From NCBI RefSeq assembly GCF_000002075.1, contig NW_004797435.1, forward strand, positions 902,124-966,123: a DNA stretch of 64,000 nt, written 5' to 3'. This stretch comes from Aplysia californica (taxonomy: Eukaryota). This document shows positions 25,601 through 35,535 of the stretch, in pieces. A model generated the notes under the pieces. The model searched no databases. It was not told the DNA's origin and saw only the letters and a list, made by a program, of their open reading frames with translations. Each line of letters begins with the position of its first letter. Within the stretch, counting starts at the first letter, position 1. The translations under genes were made by a program, and so were the position numbers.

Positions 25601-27313
25601 AATCTAATTTTAGAAATCAACCAGAGTTGACATGTGACAACAAGACAAATACCTGAGGAGACTTGACCAGCAGAGATGGATTAGCCAGAAGTTCTACCAT
25701 CTGTGCACTAGACGGAGCTTTGGACAATGTACAGTCCACTGTGTCCTCTTCTTTAACAGCAAAACCATGCATTCCATTTATTATACTTGTGTGACAATTC
25801 CCTGATAGAGTCACCGAATATTGATCCCCTGACATCTCCTTTGATAACGTATTAGAACCATTAATCACTTCAGACACAGTGTTAGAAGACAGTTTGCCTA
25901 GTTCGTTAAAATGGGAATCCAAAGGATTTGAAGTTTTATTATGCAACTGGTCCTGGTTGGATGAACACCTTCCATCAGAACTGAGAACTTCTTGATTCTC
26001 AGATATTTTTTCTGAACACACAGCTGAATCTCCATTTTCATCAACAGAGACTACCCGGTAAAGAAGACCAACAGAGTTCAATTGTCCCACAGGAACATGA
26101 CAATTTCTTTGAATTCCTGCACCTGTTACATCGAGAAGACGACTTTCACCTTCCACAACAATGGACTTTCCACTGTCACCATCACAGCCAAGTGACTTCA
26201 TCGCTGAAGTCGATTCTAAACGCTTTAGAACTATCATGGGAGTCTTGTTGTTTATCTTCACAAACGTCAGTGATGCAATCTTCTCTGCAATTCTCTCAAC
26301 AACAGGAGGGAGCTTTTTCCTACGTGGACTTATGGCTGAAAGAAAAAAAAAATGAAAATGGACAACGATTTCTCTTTATCTATAGATTCTATGTTGTCAC
26401 AAAAGAATGAAATATGCTGAAGAGAAGCAAACAGTTCAGATAAAAAGTGCACTCATTAATATGAAATGAGAAGCAGCACAGGGCATTTTGCGTTTTGAAA
26501 ACATGTCGGACAACATCAGTGTAACTGTATATACTGAGAAATGGCAGTCCATTATCTCTTCTGTCTCACATTCTCCGGGTGTGCCAAAACCAAAACAGTT
26601 ATGACCATTTACAAACACAGTAGCAGTTTGAAGGGCTGCATCTTCTATTTTATGGTTATACATCTCTCTTGTTTTAGCCAAAAAAAATAGTTTTTTTGTT
26701 TTGTTTTAAAGACATATCACCCTACTTGAATGTACTAGTACTTTGGCTTTTTAATTAAATACATTCAATAGACAACAGTCAACAATAATTTGGCAGTGTC
26801 TGTCAACAAAAACATCTTTTATATTAAAATGTTGATATTGGGAACCACGTGAAAAACAGTCAAACAAAGATGAGATTAAGAAAAAGGGTGCATAAATTTA
26901 TTTCTGACAAACTCACTGGGAGGAACGAGCTCTTCGTTCTCCGATTCTTCAGACGGGGAACAGTTGCCACTGAGGGACTTGACTCTTTTCACAGACTTTG
27001 CAATCCCTCTCTGAATTTTTACAATTCCATCATATGTACTGTTAACCTTTCGATAACAGTGTTTACAAATATAACTTCTATTGAATTTAGTCTTGTGATT
27101 TTCGCACAAAGCAGAAAATTCTTCTTGGCCAATGAGGGAAACCAGTTTAGCTTGAAACTTGGCCATAAAAGGTCTATTGCCACCAAACATATAGAGTCTT
27201 TCTTCTCCATCTCTTCCAGATTTGCACATCACACAGATAATAGGTGGCCCTTTCCTGATTCTGACATCCTCCTCTGGGCTCATGCTCTCCAAATCCACTG
27301 TCAGTGTACTCAT
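6697..27313 (-). CDS. ZAD-like domain plus multi-C2H2 zinc-finger protein (about 1209 aa, about 22 fingers), 16 coding exons
   Basis: Exons: 27313-26917, 26335-25653, 25204-25087, 23795-23622, 22993-22926, 21551-21350, 20735-20562, 19109-18958, 18111-17626, 16390-16303, 14335-14156, 12562-12395, 11931-11764, 9745-9595, 7711-7515, 6920-6697. All GT-AG with consistent phases; total 3630 nt ending in TGA; repeated HTGEKP/HTGERP linkers. Confidence 0.85.
6985..7110 (+). mobile_element. Short RTE LINE fragment (same family as 16975-17430)
   Basis: Near-identical to about 17065-17160 (actaaagacagtgaaaataaa.tagaagcaacagaaatgtggtttcttag). Confidence 0.7.
7515..7711 (-). CDS. ZNF exon 15 (completes C2HC finger; proline-rich)
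   Basis: tttcag|A TGC...CCT CAA T|gtgagt. Confidence 0.8.
7824..8024. repeat. (GT)n/(CA)n microsatellite flanking a 100-N assembly gap (7888-7987)
   Basis: Direct read. Confidence 0.9.
9078..9145. repeat. (GT)n microsatellite
   Basis: Direct read. Confidence 0.95.
9595..9745 (-). CDS. ZNF exon 14
   Basis: [29 protein letters not shown]...[16 protein letters not shown]. Confidence 0.9.
10610..10972 (+). mobile_element. tRNA-derived SINE, Nin/Deu-domain-like core, (TTA)n tail
   Basis: B-box ggttcgaatcc; core tgtgtccttgggaaaggcactttac...cccaggtgggaatgggtacc; 3' stem gcgcata..tatgcgc followed by (tta)n. Second copy at 29663-29982 (-); tail-only copy near 2220-2284. Confidence 0.8.
11764..11931 (-). 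CDS. ZNF exon 13 (2 fingers; absent from the ORF track)
   Basis: [56 protein letters not shown]. Confidence 0.9.
12395..12562 (-). CDS. ZNF exon 12 (2 fingers)
   Basis: [56 protein letters not shown]. Confidence 0.9.
12968..13146 (-). repeat. Dispersed ~180-bp retroelement 3'-end repeat
   Basis: Homologous copies at 59842-60023 (+), 61516-61701 (+) and about 11947-12105 (-); tail only at 45690-45760 and 43040-43097. Confidence 0.85.
13468..13790 (+). mobile_element. RTE-clade LINE 3' fragment
   Basis: [12 protein letters not shown]...[20 protein letters not shown]...[11 protein letters not shown], a typical RTE C-terminus. Confidence 0.85.
14156..14335 (-). CDS. ZNF exon 11 (2 fingers)
   Basis: [12 protein letters not shown]...HMMEH; FECDYEGC...HSRVH. 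Confidence 0.9.
14493..15114. mobile_element. MITE with 25-bp TIRs (GGTAGYGTCAATTGCCAYCGAGTGA), spanning an N gap
   Basis: TIRs differ at 2 positions; inserted in (TAA)n with ataataata on both sides, so TSD length is ambiguous. Confidence 0.75.
15481..15517 (+). ncRNA. Minimal type-I hammerhead ribozyme motif (Penelope-like), probably decayed
   Basis: gttc-CTGATGA-a-gccc attga gggt-GAAA-tgtt-gaac, followed by ATTAAA at about 15523. Confidence 0.55.
16303..16390 (-). CDS. ZNF exon 10 (1 finger)
   Basis: [29 protein letters not shown]; donor gtaagc. Confidence 0.85.
16975..17430 (+). mobile_element. RTE/BovB-like LINE 3' fragment with (GAT)n tail
   Basis: ECWTI...[17 protein letters not shown]...SNEEV...RQMQFLGHL, then gatgatgatgat. 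Confidence 0.85.
17626..18111 (-). CDS. ZNF exon 9 (4 fingers)
   Basis: Three CPxxGC fingers and one CGLC finger; phase-0 donor gtacgt. Confidence 0.9.
18696..18758. repeat. (GT)n microsatellite
   Basis: Direct read. Confidence 0.95.
18958..19109 (-). CDS. ZNF exon 8 (1 finger plus basic stretch)
   Basis: [29 protein letters not shown]...KRRARK. Confidence 0.85.
19555..19650. repeat. (TCA)n/(TTA)n microsatellite
   Basis: Direct read. Confidence 0.9.
20562..20735 (-). CDS. ZNF exon 7 (2 fingers)
   Basis: [11 protein letters not shown]...HMLTH; CEHCGKTF...HYRQH; donor gtaagt. Confidence 0.9.
21350..21551 (-). CDS. ZNF exon 6 (end of one finger plus 2 fingers)
   Basis: RHLQHHDG...[10 protein letters not shown]...[18 protein letters not shown]...HKRQHT. 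Confidence 0.9.
21736..22295 (+). mobile_element. TTAA-type (piggyBac-like) non-autonomous element, copy 1
   Basis: Starts ttaa|ctgtttccggacg; highly similar to 28447-29010; right end uncertain. Confidence 0.75.
22926..22993 (-). CDS. ZNF exon 5 (half finger)
   Basis: [22 protein letters not shown]|gtgaga. Confidence 0.85.
23622..23795 (-). CDS. ZNF exon 4 (2 fingers)
   Basis: [11 protein letters not shown]...[16 protein letters not shown]...HKGTH. Confidence 0.9.
   Translation of the reverse strand: MASPSNALILAVISILPQEADRNFMCVNILAKDHLFVRHVARRFGQVKNSGITKGHT
25087..25204 (-). CDS. ZNF exon 3 (first finger)
   Basis: [26 protein letters not shown]; donor gtgagt. Confidence 0.8.
25653..26335 (-). 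CDS. ZNF exon 2 (S/N-rich linker)
   Basis: Strong pyrimidine acceptor; 683-nt open frame; phases match both neighbours. Confidence 0.8.
26917..27313 (-). CDS. ZNF first coding exon (ZAD-like C4 domain)
   Basis: CVMC-X52-CKHC followed by an amphipathic helix; acceptor at 27322-27323 with an in-frame TGA just upstream of the ATG. Confidence 0.8.
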
Positions 27314-27838
27314 ATTTCATGCTGAAAGTGAAAGAGAAAAAAGTACAGCATTTTGTTAAATTTTGATCCTAGGAAAGAAATTCTTTCACAAAGTAACAAT
27401 TTTGACTTATAATGTCCTTAATTATATATATTATTTATACAATCTTTTAAAGAATACTTTTGCAGAAAGAGTAGTGAAAAGTGTCTGATAAATGTTTACT
27501 TTAACTCACACACACATATACACTGCTTTTAAGGGTCAAACAACCATATTTTTTGCTGCAGTCACATATATGACCATTAACACTGTTGCAAATCAATTAT
27601 TTAAAAGAAAATTTTTAACATTATTTGCAAAACACCAAATTATGGGAAAAAACATGGGCCGTGCCCCCTGTAACCCTCTAGATTTTTTTTTACCTCAGGG
27701 CCCTCTGAAATCCCTTGGATCAGTCTAAAGCACAAAAGTTAATATACAATTGAGCTTAGCATAATCTTTTCAAAGTTCGAACAAAGGCCATAAAAATATT
27801 TTTGACATTAATGATATGTGATGGATAAAAAATCAATA

Positions 27839-29329
27839 CAGTCGAACCTGCAATAGTGGAAACTCGAGTAAGACGCAAACCTGTCTTAAATGAATTTCCC
27901 TGTTCCCCCTTGATAAATTCCTCTATAATTATCTCTATAAGTCGGAAACCTGTCCTTCCCTTCAGAGTGTTTTTTTACCTGTCAAAGACAGAAAAAATGC
28001 TTTGCCCACTCAGCTCAGATTAGTAGAAACAAACCTATCAAGTTGAGTTCCATCGGCTGTAACTTTTTTGCCATGCCGCAAGGAAAATTAGTAGGGGTGC
28101 AATTTGGCGGTTTTTGTTACCCCATCCCTGTAAGCCCTTAGCAGTGCGGATGGCCAGAGTGGAGTGGTGTGGGTATGAAATCTCACCAGTGCCTGGGAAA
28201 ATGTTGGAGTGGCACTCCAGCATGGAAATTTCCAGGGGTAGCCAGATGCCAGAGGTGTGAAATTAGTTTGACCTCTGCCTGCCTGCCGCCCTGTACATTC
28301 ATAAAGCCAGCTGAGAAAATGAAAAAAAAGTTCTTCAAATAATTATGCACGGGAGGAATGGCACTGGTTGACTGTGCTTTTTAAACAGATGGGTGGGGTT
28401 AAGGGTGGAACCAGAGGAGATCAAGTTCAAACGTGTCCGTTTTTAACTCTTTCCGGACGTATCGCCGATATATCGGTACCGAGTCCACACCCCTTGCGGA
28501 TGTATCGCGGATATATCGGCTGCGATAGGGTGCCTCATTATTGTTTCGTTTTAAAACGATCCATCATTAATCATTACTTTTTATTGCTATTGAAAAACTC
28601 GGAAAGCATTTAGGAAACGCAAACAACTAGTTTCACTTCGTCAAAGCGTGGGTTTGGGGAAAAACGAGTGAATTAGTTCTTGCAGTCTGGCAACAACAAA
28701 ACGAAGTAACCGCACTCAGTATAAATTTCATAACTCTAACAAAATTTGGAATATTGCTTTCAAATAAAAAGCTGCGTAATTCAGATATTTTTGGATTATG
28801 CTCTTGGCTGTATATGATAAGATAGCTATTCTGATTTGCTTTCACATGTTTGGCGAATGTAATTTTTTCCGTCAAAATTTATTTTTCTCACCACCATCGC
28901 CATTTCTAACCCTTGTAATGCATACTTATGTTCAAAATTAATCCTTGTTTCATATTGGGATGTATTCCTCATTCAATTTCCTTCAATTTGATATATCATA
29001 TGTTACGTTTTGATGGAAAGAGTTAATAGGTCAAACTGTTGTCCTATGAAATGCATACACTGGTGGCAATGGATAAGGAGGACAGATGCATGACATTATT
29101 AGAGAGGAATGCACACTTGAGAGGCTCAGAGAGGTCAGAAGTTTGGACCACTGCTTGCCGATCGGACAAGCGGCCCTTGGTCCCACCGGCTGGGTGCCTG
29201 AACCCCCCCCCCCACATCTCCCTTCCATCTCTCCACACATATTCCCATGTACTAAGATGGAAAATGTCAAAGTCAGAATTTTTTTCTAGCTCCCCTGAGA
29301 TTCCGTTTTACACAGTACAGGTTCAACTA
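27839..29329. mobile_element. Tc1/mariner(pogo)-like non-autonomous element with TA TSD, hosting a nested TTAA element
   Basis: ta|cagtcgaacct ... aggttcaacta|ta (two transitions from a perfect TIR). Confidence 0.5.
28447..29022 (+). mobile_element. TTAA-type (piggyBac-like) MITE, copy 2
   Basis: ttaa|CTCTTTCC ... GGAAAGAG|ttaa. Confidence 0.8.
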
Positions 29330-29662
29330 TATCTACTGTATTCGCATAAAATGAACAAAAATGCACAAGAAGTAAAGGTTTGTACAATACCAGAACATGA
29401 GAAGGGAGTGAAAGTAAAATAATACGACCTATGTTAATGGTTCTCTAGCTTAACTCAAGCGATTATCTCAAGGCCTCTATAACAGTTTAATTAACTTTAA
29501 CACTTTGCAGTAATAGTAATAGATAGCACTTTACCTAGCACTAACTTTTTTACCAGTTCTCAGAGTAGTGTGGTAAAGCCAAGGTCTAGTTGAGGTCCCT
29601 ATTTGAAACTTACTTGACCTACATATCTCTAGGGTCTCCACTCGCTCAAACTGTGGGGCCAA

Positions 29663-29982
29663 CATAATAATAATAATATAAATAAATGCATTTATATAGC
29701 GCATATCCACGCTCAAGAGCATGCTCTATGCGCTTTACAACCATTATTACCCCAGCAGACCCTCTGAGAACACACAGAAACATTCTCGGCTTCCGCAGAA
29801 GCATACAGTGCAAGCTGCGGATTTCACGCGCTCAAACACTACCAAACTGACAAGATCGTACACTGTCTATAGCCGGGTACCCATTTCCACCTGGGTGAAG
29901 TGAGGAAAATTTGTGCAAAGTGCCTTTCCCAAGGACACAACGTCGGGCCCCTGACGGGATTCTAACCCACGACCTTACGGTT
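29663..29982 (-). mobile_element. Nin/Deu-like tRNA SINE, second copy
   Basis: Reverse-complement homolog of 10660-10972. Confidence 0.8.
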
Positions 29983-30176
29983 GCAAGTCCAAGGTGCAGG
30001 TACTTGGGGTTCGAAAGGGGATAATATAGGTCAATTTCCAAATGTTTTGCACTCAAATTGTCCTTTGTACCTGCACAATGGTATTCAAAATTATCAAACA
30101 AGCTTATTTTTTATCAGGTAGTATCATTTCATACAAAATCAAGCTCATTTGAAAGATTTTGTTTAGAAAAATCTGG

Positions 30177-33100
30177 GCCCCGGGGCAACCAACCCCAACC
30201 CAGTGCGTCCACAGGTGGCGGATAGTGGAACAGCCTCCAGATATAGAGGTTAGCTGCGAATATCTAAATAAGTAGTCACAGACAAAATGGCGGTGAGGAT
30301 GGAGGGCAGGGTGAAGATTGTGTAGTGGGATCCCATTCTTCTACTCAATGTAAAATACCCTAATTGCCCGGTGAAAGATTCGCCAGCCAGACTGGGGCGC
30401 GATATCCCCACACCCCGGGTAGATGGAACTCGTCAGCCAGGGATGGCAGTTCATCTAGGAGAAGGAAAACTCTGATCAAAAACCCCTGCTGCCTAGCAGG
30501 CAAACCCAGGAAAGTTATAGGATATGGGAGCACTCCCAGACAGAAAAGCACGCCGAAGACGGAGAGATGGGCCGAAAGGTGCCGATAGTTGGGCTAGCCC
30601 AAACTGCCTCATGCAAGTCTCATTATGATGTCAGGATCCAAAGATTTTCCATGTGGCATTTCATCTGTGGAATCCCGCCAGGCGGACGAAGTGCCGGGCC
30701 CTCTGTCTCGAAGGGGCCCATCCCAAGCTACTGGTGGTATCTCTGTCTCTTCCCGGGGAGCCAGGAGAAGAGATCAGCCGATTACGACTGGCCAATCATC
30801 TCCAGAGAGTCAGCAGAGACCTCTAAAAACCTTCCAATGGGGGAAGATGCCTTAAAAGACACCCTCATCAGAGAAAGGATTGACATAGTCAGTCTGCAAG
30901 AGACACACCTTACTTCAGCAATGAGGTTTAACATCAGAGGCTACCAAACCTTTAGAAAGGATAGGAACTACGCACCTAAAGGAGGAGTGCTCACCATTGT
31001 CGCAAACTCCATCCCGGCGAAAGAAATCAGGGTGCAAGATACAGGTGAGTCAGAAATCATAGGAGTCGAGCTCAAACTCCCAGACCGGATTGTAACAGTC
31101 TACAATTGCTATGCACCCGATAAAGCTCTCAAGCTTCAAGTGATGGACATTCCAACAGATGACTGCTTAGTGCTTGGTGACTTCAACAGTCATTCTCCAA
31201 GCTGGGGATACAGAGACCTAGATGCCAAAGGAGAGGAAATAGAAGACTGGCAAGCTTTCACCAAGCTACACCTGCTCAACAAACCAGACGATCCCCCCCC
31301 CCCCCCCCACACTTTCTTCTCCAGAGCCTGGAAAACCACGTCTCACCCAGACCTGTCATTTGCAAGCAACAACAGCAGCAGAGGAGCAACAAAACAAGTC
31401 ATGGAACAACTTGCAACTAGTGACCACAAACTTATCCTAATCACCAGCCAAGTCTCTCCCCCCACCGTATCAACTAGCACCTTGCACAGATGTAACTACA
31501 AAAAGGCAGACTGGACCAAATTTGCATCTCTTACAGATGTATATACCACCAAAATTCATGCCAAAACCTCAAACACTAACAGAAGTGTGAGGGAGTTCAC
31601 ACAGGCCATACTGCAAGCGGCAAAAGAGTCCATCCACAGAGGAGCTAGAAGGGATTATGTTCCAAACTGGTCTGAAGAGCTCAGAATGCTTAGCGACAAA
31701 GTCACCACAGCAAGAGAAGCAGTTGAAAATCTACCAACAACAGAAAACAACATTCAGCTAAAGAAAGCTGCAGCAGAATTTAAGAAGGCGACTAATTCAA
31801 CCGTTCGGAAAAGTTGGCATGAAAAGACAAGCTTCCTAAACTTAGACAAGGAAACAACTGTGGAGGATTGTCAGATCATTAAACGGAGAAAACCTAAACA
31901 GGGATGTACCAGTAATACTAGACAAAGATGGCGAGTCCAACGTAGATAAACAAGCAGCAAACCTACTCATTCAGCAGTACAAGGAAGTGGGCAAGTTAGA
32001 AATATCCCCAGACAGAATAGAAGAAGTACAGAGAAAAATACATGCTTTTGAATCCCCACAAGAACCTAAAGATGACGTTATGACCAAACCACTCTTAATG
32101 ACAGAACTGGATAGAGCCCTTCTCCAGCTCAAACTAAGACAAGCCCCAGGCCCAGATAAAATAAGCCATGACATGCTTATGCATATGGGAAACACTGCTA
32201 AGAAGAAAATCCTCCAAATATTCAACAGTAGCTGGAAGAACGGGAAAATTCCAAAAGCTTGGAAAACTGCTATACAGATACCCCTCCTTAAAGACAGAAA
32301 ACCCAAGAACAGCGCAGAAAGCTACCACCCAATCAGTATCACCAGCTGTCTGTGCAAGCTTCTAGAGAGGATCCTCAACTACAGACTCTGCTGGTTCCTA
32401 GAGAAAAACCATCTTCTATCAGATAACCAAGCTGGGTTTAGGAAACATCGATCAACCGAAGACCAGATTACATGCATTGCTTGCTCAGATGGTAGAGGAC
32501 GGCTTCCAAAGGAAAGAACACACTGTAGCCGTCTGGATCGACCTGGAGAAGGCATTTGATAAAGTCTGGACGGAAGCACTCATACTGAAATTACAAAATC
32601 TGAACATCTCTCACAACATGCTGAAATGGATCTCACAATACCTATCTCAAACAAGAGCCTGTGAGAAACTGCAAGGAAAAAGAAGCAAAATGGAGACAAT
32701 CAGTAATGGAGTCCCACAAGGGGGAGTTTTATCAGCGACCCTGTTCCTGATTTTCCTCAACGACATCTCAACCACAATCACTAAGAAAGTGACAGCAGTG
32801 GAATACGCAGATGACATCGCTCTTTTATGCTCGGCAGAGTCAGTAGGAACAGCCCAGGTACGACTCCAAAGCACACTTAACAACATGATGAAGTGGACAT
32901 AAGAGTGGGGACAGAAGATCGACAAGAACAAGACCACGTACACAACATTCAGCCTCTCACCAAAACCCTGAAAGGTAAACTTGCATCATGATGGAAACAC
33001 TCTACAACACAAGTCAAATCCCACCTATTTGAGTGTGACATTTGATCCAAGACTAACATGGAAGGCCTAAACAGAGAGGTGCAGAAGTAAAGGCAACAGA

Positions 33101-34899
33101 AGAACAACACTGCTTAGAAAGTAGACAGGGTCAGATTGGAGAGAAAAATCACACCGTCTTATGTGGAGCCTTTGTTGGATATGTCCGCCCAGTCCTGGAA
33201 TATCAATATGGTATCGCAGTGTGGGGAACAGCATCAGACAGCAACTTCCACAAAGTAGCGAGAATCCAGAATCAAAATCTGCGGATCATCACGGGAGAAA
33301 TGAGATCCACGCCCATTCATGTCATGGAAACACTAACGGGGCTAGAACCCCTGAACGACAGACACGATCTGAAAGCAATTGTTCATCAGGAAAAGGTCAA
33401 AAGAATGCCAACCCATCCAATGAAGGATAGATCTTCAAAAAGCCAGAGCAAATACTTAAGAAGAACAAGCTTCCTCCTTATGGCCAGACACTCCAGCTCT
33501 GGACTCAAAATCTCTCTTGAAGAATCTCCAACCCCACTAGACCCGTGTCAAGTTCACCCCCTTCAGACTAATCACCCCCCTCAAATTCGAAAAAATAACC
33601 TAGAAAAGCTTGGCACCAAATCTGAAGTTCCTCCTCCAATATAATTCAAGTCACTGATGCTTGACTACCTGGACAGAAACTTTCCAAGCAACCGGTGGAA
33701 TCGAGTTTACACAGATGGATCAGCAACTGATGCAGTCAGAAACGGCGGTGGAAGTATCTACATAGGTGGATAGATGGGTCAACAGAAAGCCATTCGATCC
33801 CCACAGGATCTCTATCTTCCAATTACAAAGCAGAACCATCAGCACTCGAAACAGCAGCCACCATTCTCTTGAATCCCCAAAAATCTAAAGCCAACACCGT
33901 CATCCTCACAGATGCCAAATCTGTCCTACAAGCTCTCCAAAAGCCACAAACAGCTCAAGTACGACAACTCCCTTCACTCCTATATATATGTGAACTAAAC
34001 TCCCAAGCCAACACAACTCTGCAGACTTGGATACCAAGTCACTGTGGCATTCATGGATGAAAAATCAGATGACTTAGCCAAAGAAGGAGCCAAAATTGTT
34101 AGACTATTAGATTGCTTTTATCAATATACAGAAGGGAAACAATAAATCCTGGATTGTTGGTCCTTATATTAACATGTTGAATTATGTCCCTGTAATTGTA
34201 GGCCCTACTTTTATTTATCTACCCTCACAACAAAGATTGTCTGATCTTAGTGATCTTTACTCACTCCTCCTTCCTGTTTCAATCACATGTACTCATGCTC
34301 ATTATGATTTATTTAGTCTTGTCAGTGAAGCCAGAGAGGGCAGACCTCATATTATTTTCATCATTAAATTACCCTTCCTCATCTAGAAACAGAGTTTTTT
34401 CTTTTGCTTTATTAAATACAATAATGGCAAACAACCCCAGTGCAACAAAAATGACCCAGATTGAAGATGGCATGGATCTCTCAGAGTCAAAAACACTAAA
34501 TAAAATCTGCTTTAAGAAACAGATGGAAAAGGTCCCATCCAAAACACAACAGAAATGACCCCTACTACATACTAAATAGAGCAGACCAGGTCACAATCTT
34601 TAGACTCTGTTGAGGCCACAACAGACTCAAACACCATTATCAATAGCACACCAAATTAAAAGTGAGAGAGTCAGCGAACTGTGAATGTGGACATGACCAA
34701 GAGGATGCCAACCATATCCTTCAGCACTGCCCGCGTTAGGCCACCCTCTGATCTGTACACAGACATGGCAGAATGTGGCTCCCCTTGAGAGAAAGCTCTC
34801 TATGGCAGTCTCTCAAGAGTTGAAGCGAACAGCACAGTTTGTGCGCGACATCGGACTGACTGTCTAGCTGTTATCGAGAACGAGGAAGAAGAAAAGAAA
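30177..34899 (+). mobile_element. Near full-length decayed non-LTR retrotransposon, single ORF APE-RT-RNase H (I-group, Ingi-like)
   Basis: APE motifs SLQETH, GDFNSH, SDHK; RT motifs PGPDKI, QAGFR, DLEKAFD, GVPQGGVLS, YADD; RNase H motifs VYTDGS, LTDAKSVL, WIPSHCG; C-terminal Cys/His remnant; GAA-rich tail at about 34880-34899; many frameshifts. Confidence 0.9.
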
Positions 34900-35334
34900 G
34901 TACAAAAAAATGGAAGTCTAGTTTCCTGACTATCCTTTCGAGCTCCCTAATGTCTAAGTGGGTCAATTTCTTCTATAATTTCAGTGGATGAACATCTAGA
35001 GCTATCAACTTGGCGTGTTTTGAATGGGACGTGTCGTATGCCTCGGTTACGAACCAAAGCAGGCGGTTCTAGAAGAAGGCCACAAATGCACACCAAGACG
35101 CACACACACTTGACCTGCATGAATGGGGATCCGACGGGGGACCCGAATTGAATGGGAGATGATGCTCGGCGCGCGTGCGCTGAGCCAGGGGCCAGACTGA
35201 TGTGGGACCACAACGCAGGCGAGGTGTCGAAATAGGCTTATCGGGCGACATACCCGGCCCACACAGGACGAGGGTTAAAAATGTAGGCTAATCTTTATTA
35301 GATTATATAGATTCTGATAGATTCTAGATCTAGA

Positions 35335-35473
35335 GGGAGGACTTCCGTAACGAGCAACCACTATGAGACTGAGCAGAATTGAGGGCTTGGGGTAGGGGTA
35401 AGGGTAGGGTTAGGTCTAGGCCTCTTCTTTATTAGTGTTTGATGGGGTGGTCGCTCATTACGGAAGTCCTTCC
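35335..35473. mobile_element. 139-bp MITE with GG termini, ~27-bp TIRs and 8-bp TSD GATCTAGA
   Basis: gggaggacttccgtaacgagcaaccac ... gtggtcgctcattacggaagtccttcc; TSD at 35327-35334 and 35474-35481. Confidence 0.8.
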
Positions 35474-35535
35474 GATCTAGATTATCTAGATCTAAATCTA
35501 CATCTAGAACTAGATCTAGATCTAAATATAGAATA

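Noticed and set aside
30670-30705. 2A-like peptide (ADEVPGP) upstream of the LINE APE domain, as known in some Ingi elements
   Set aside because: Lacks the required D(V/I)ExNPGP consensus.
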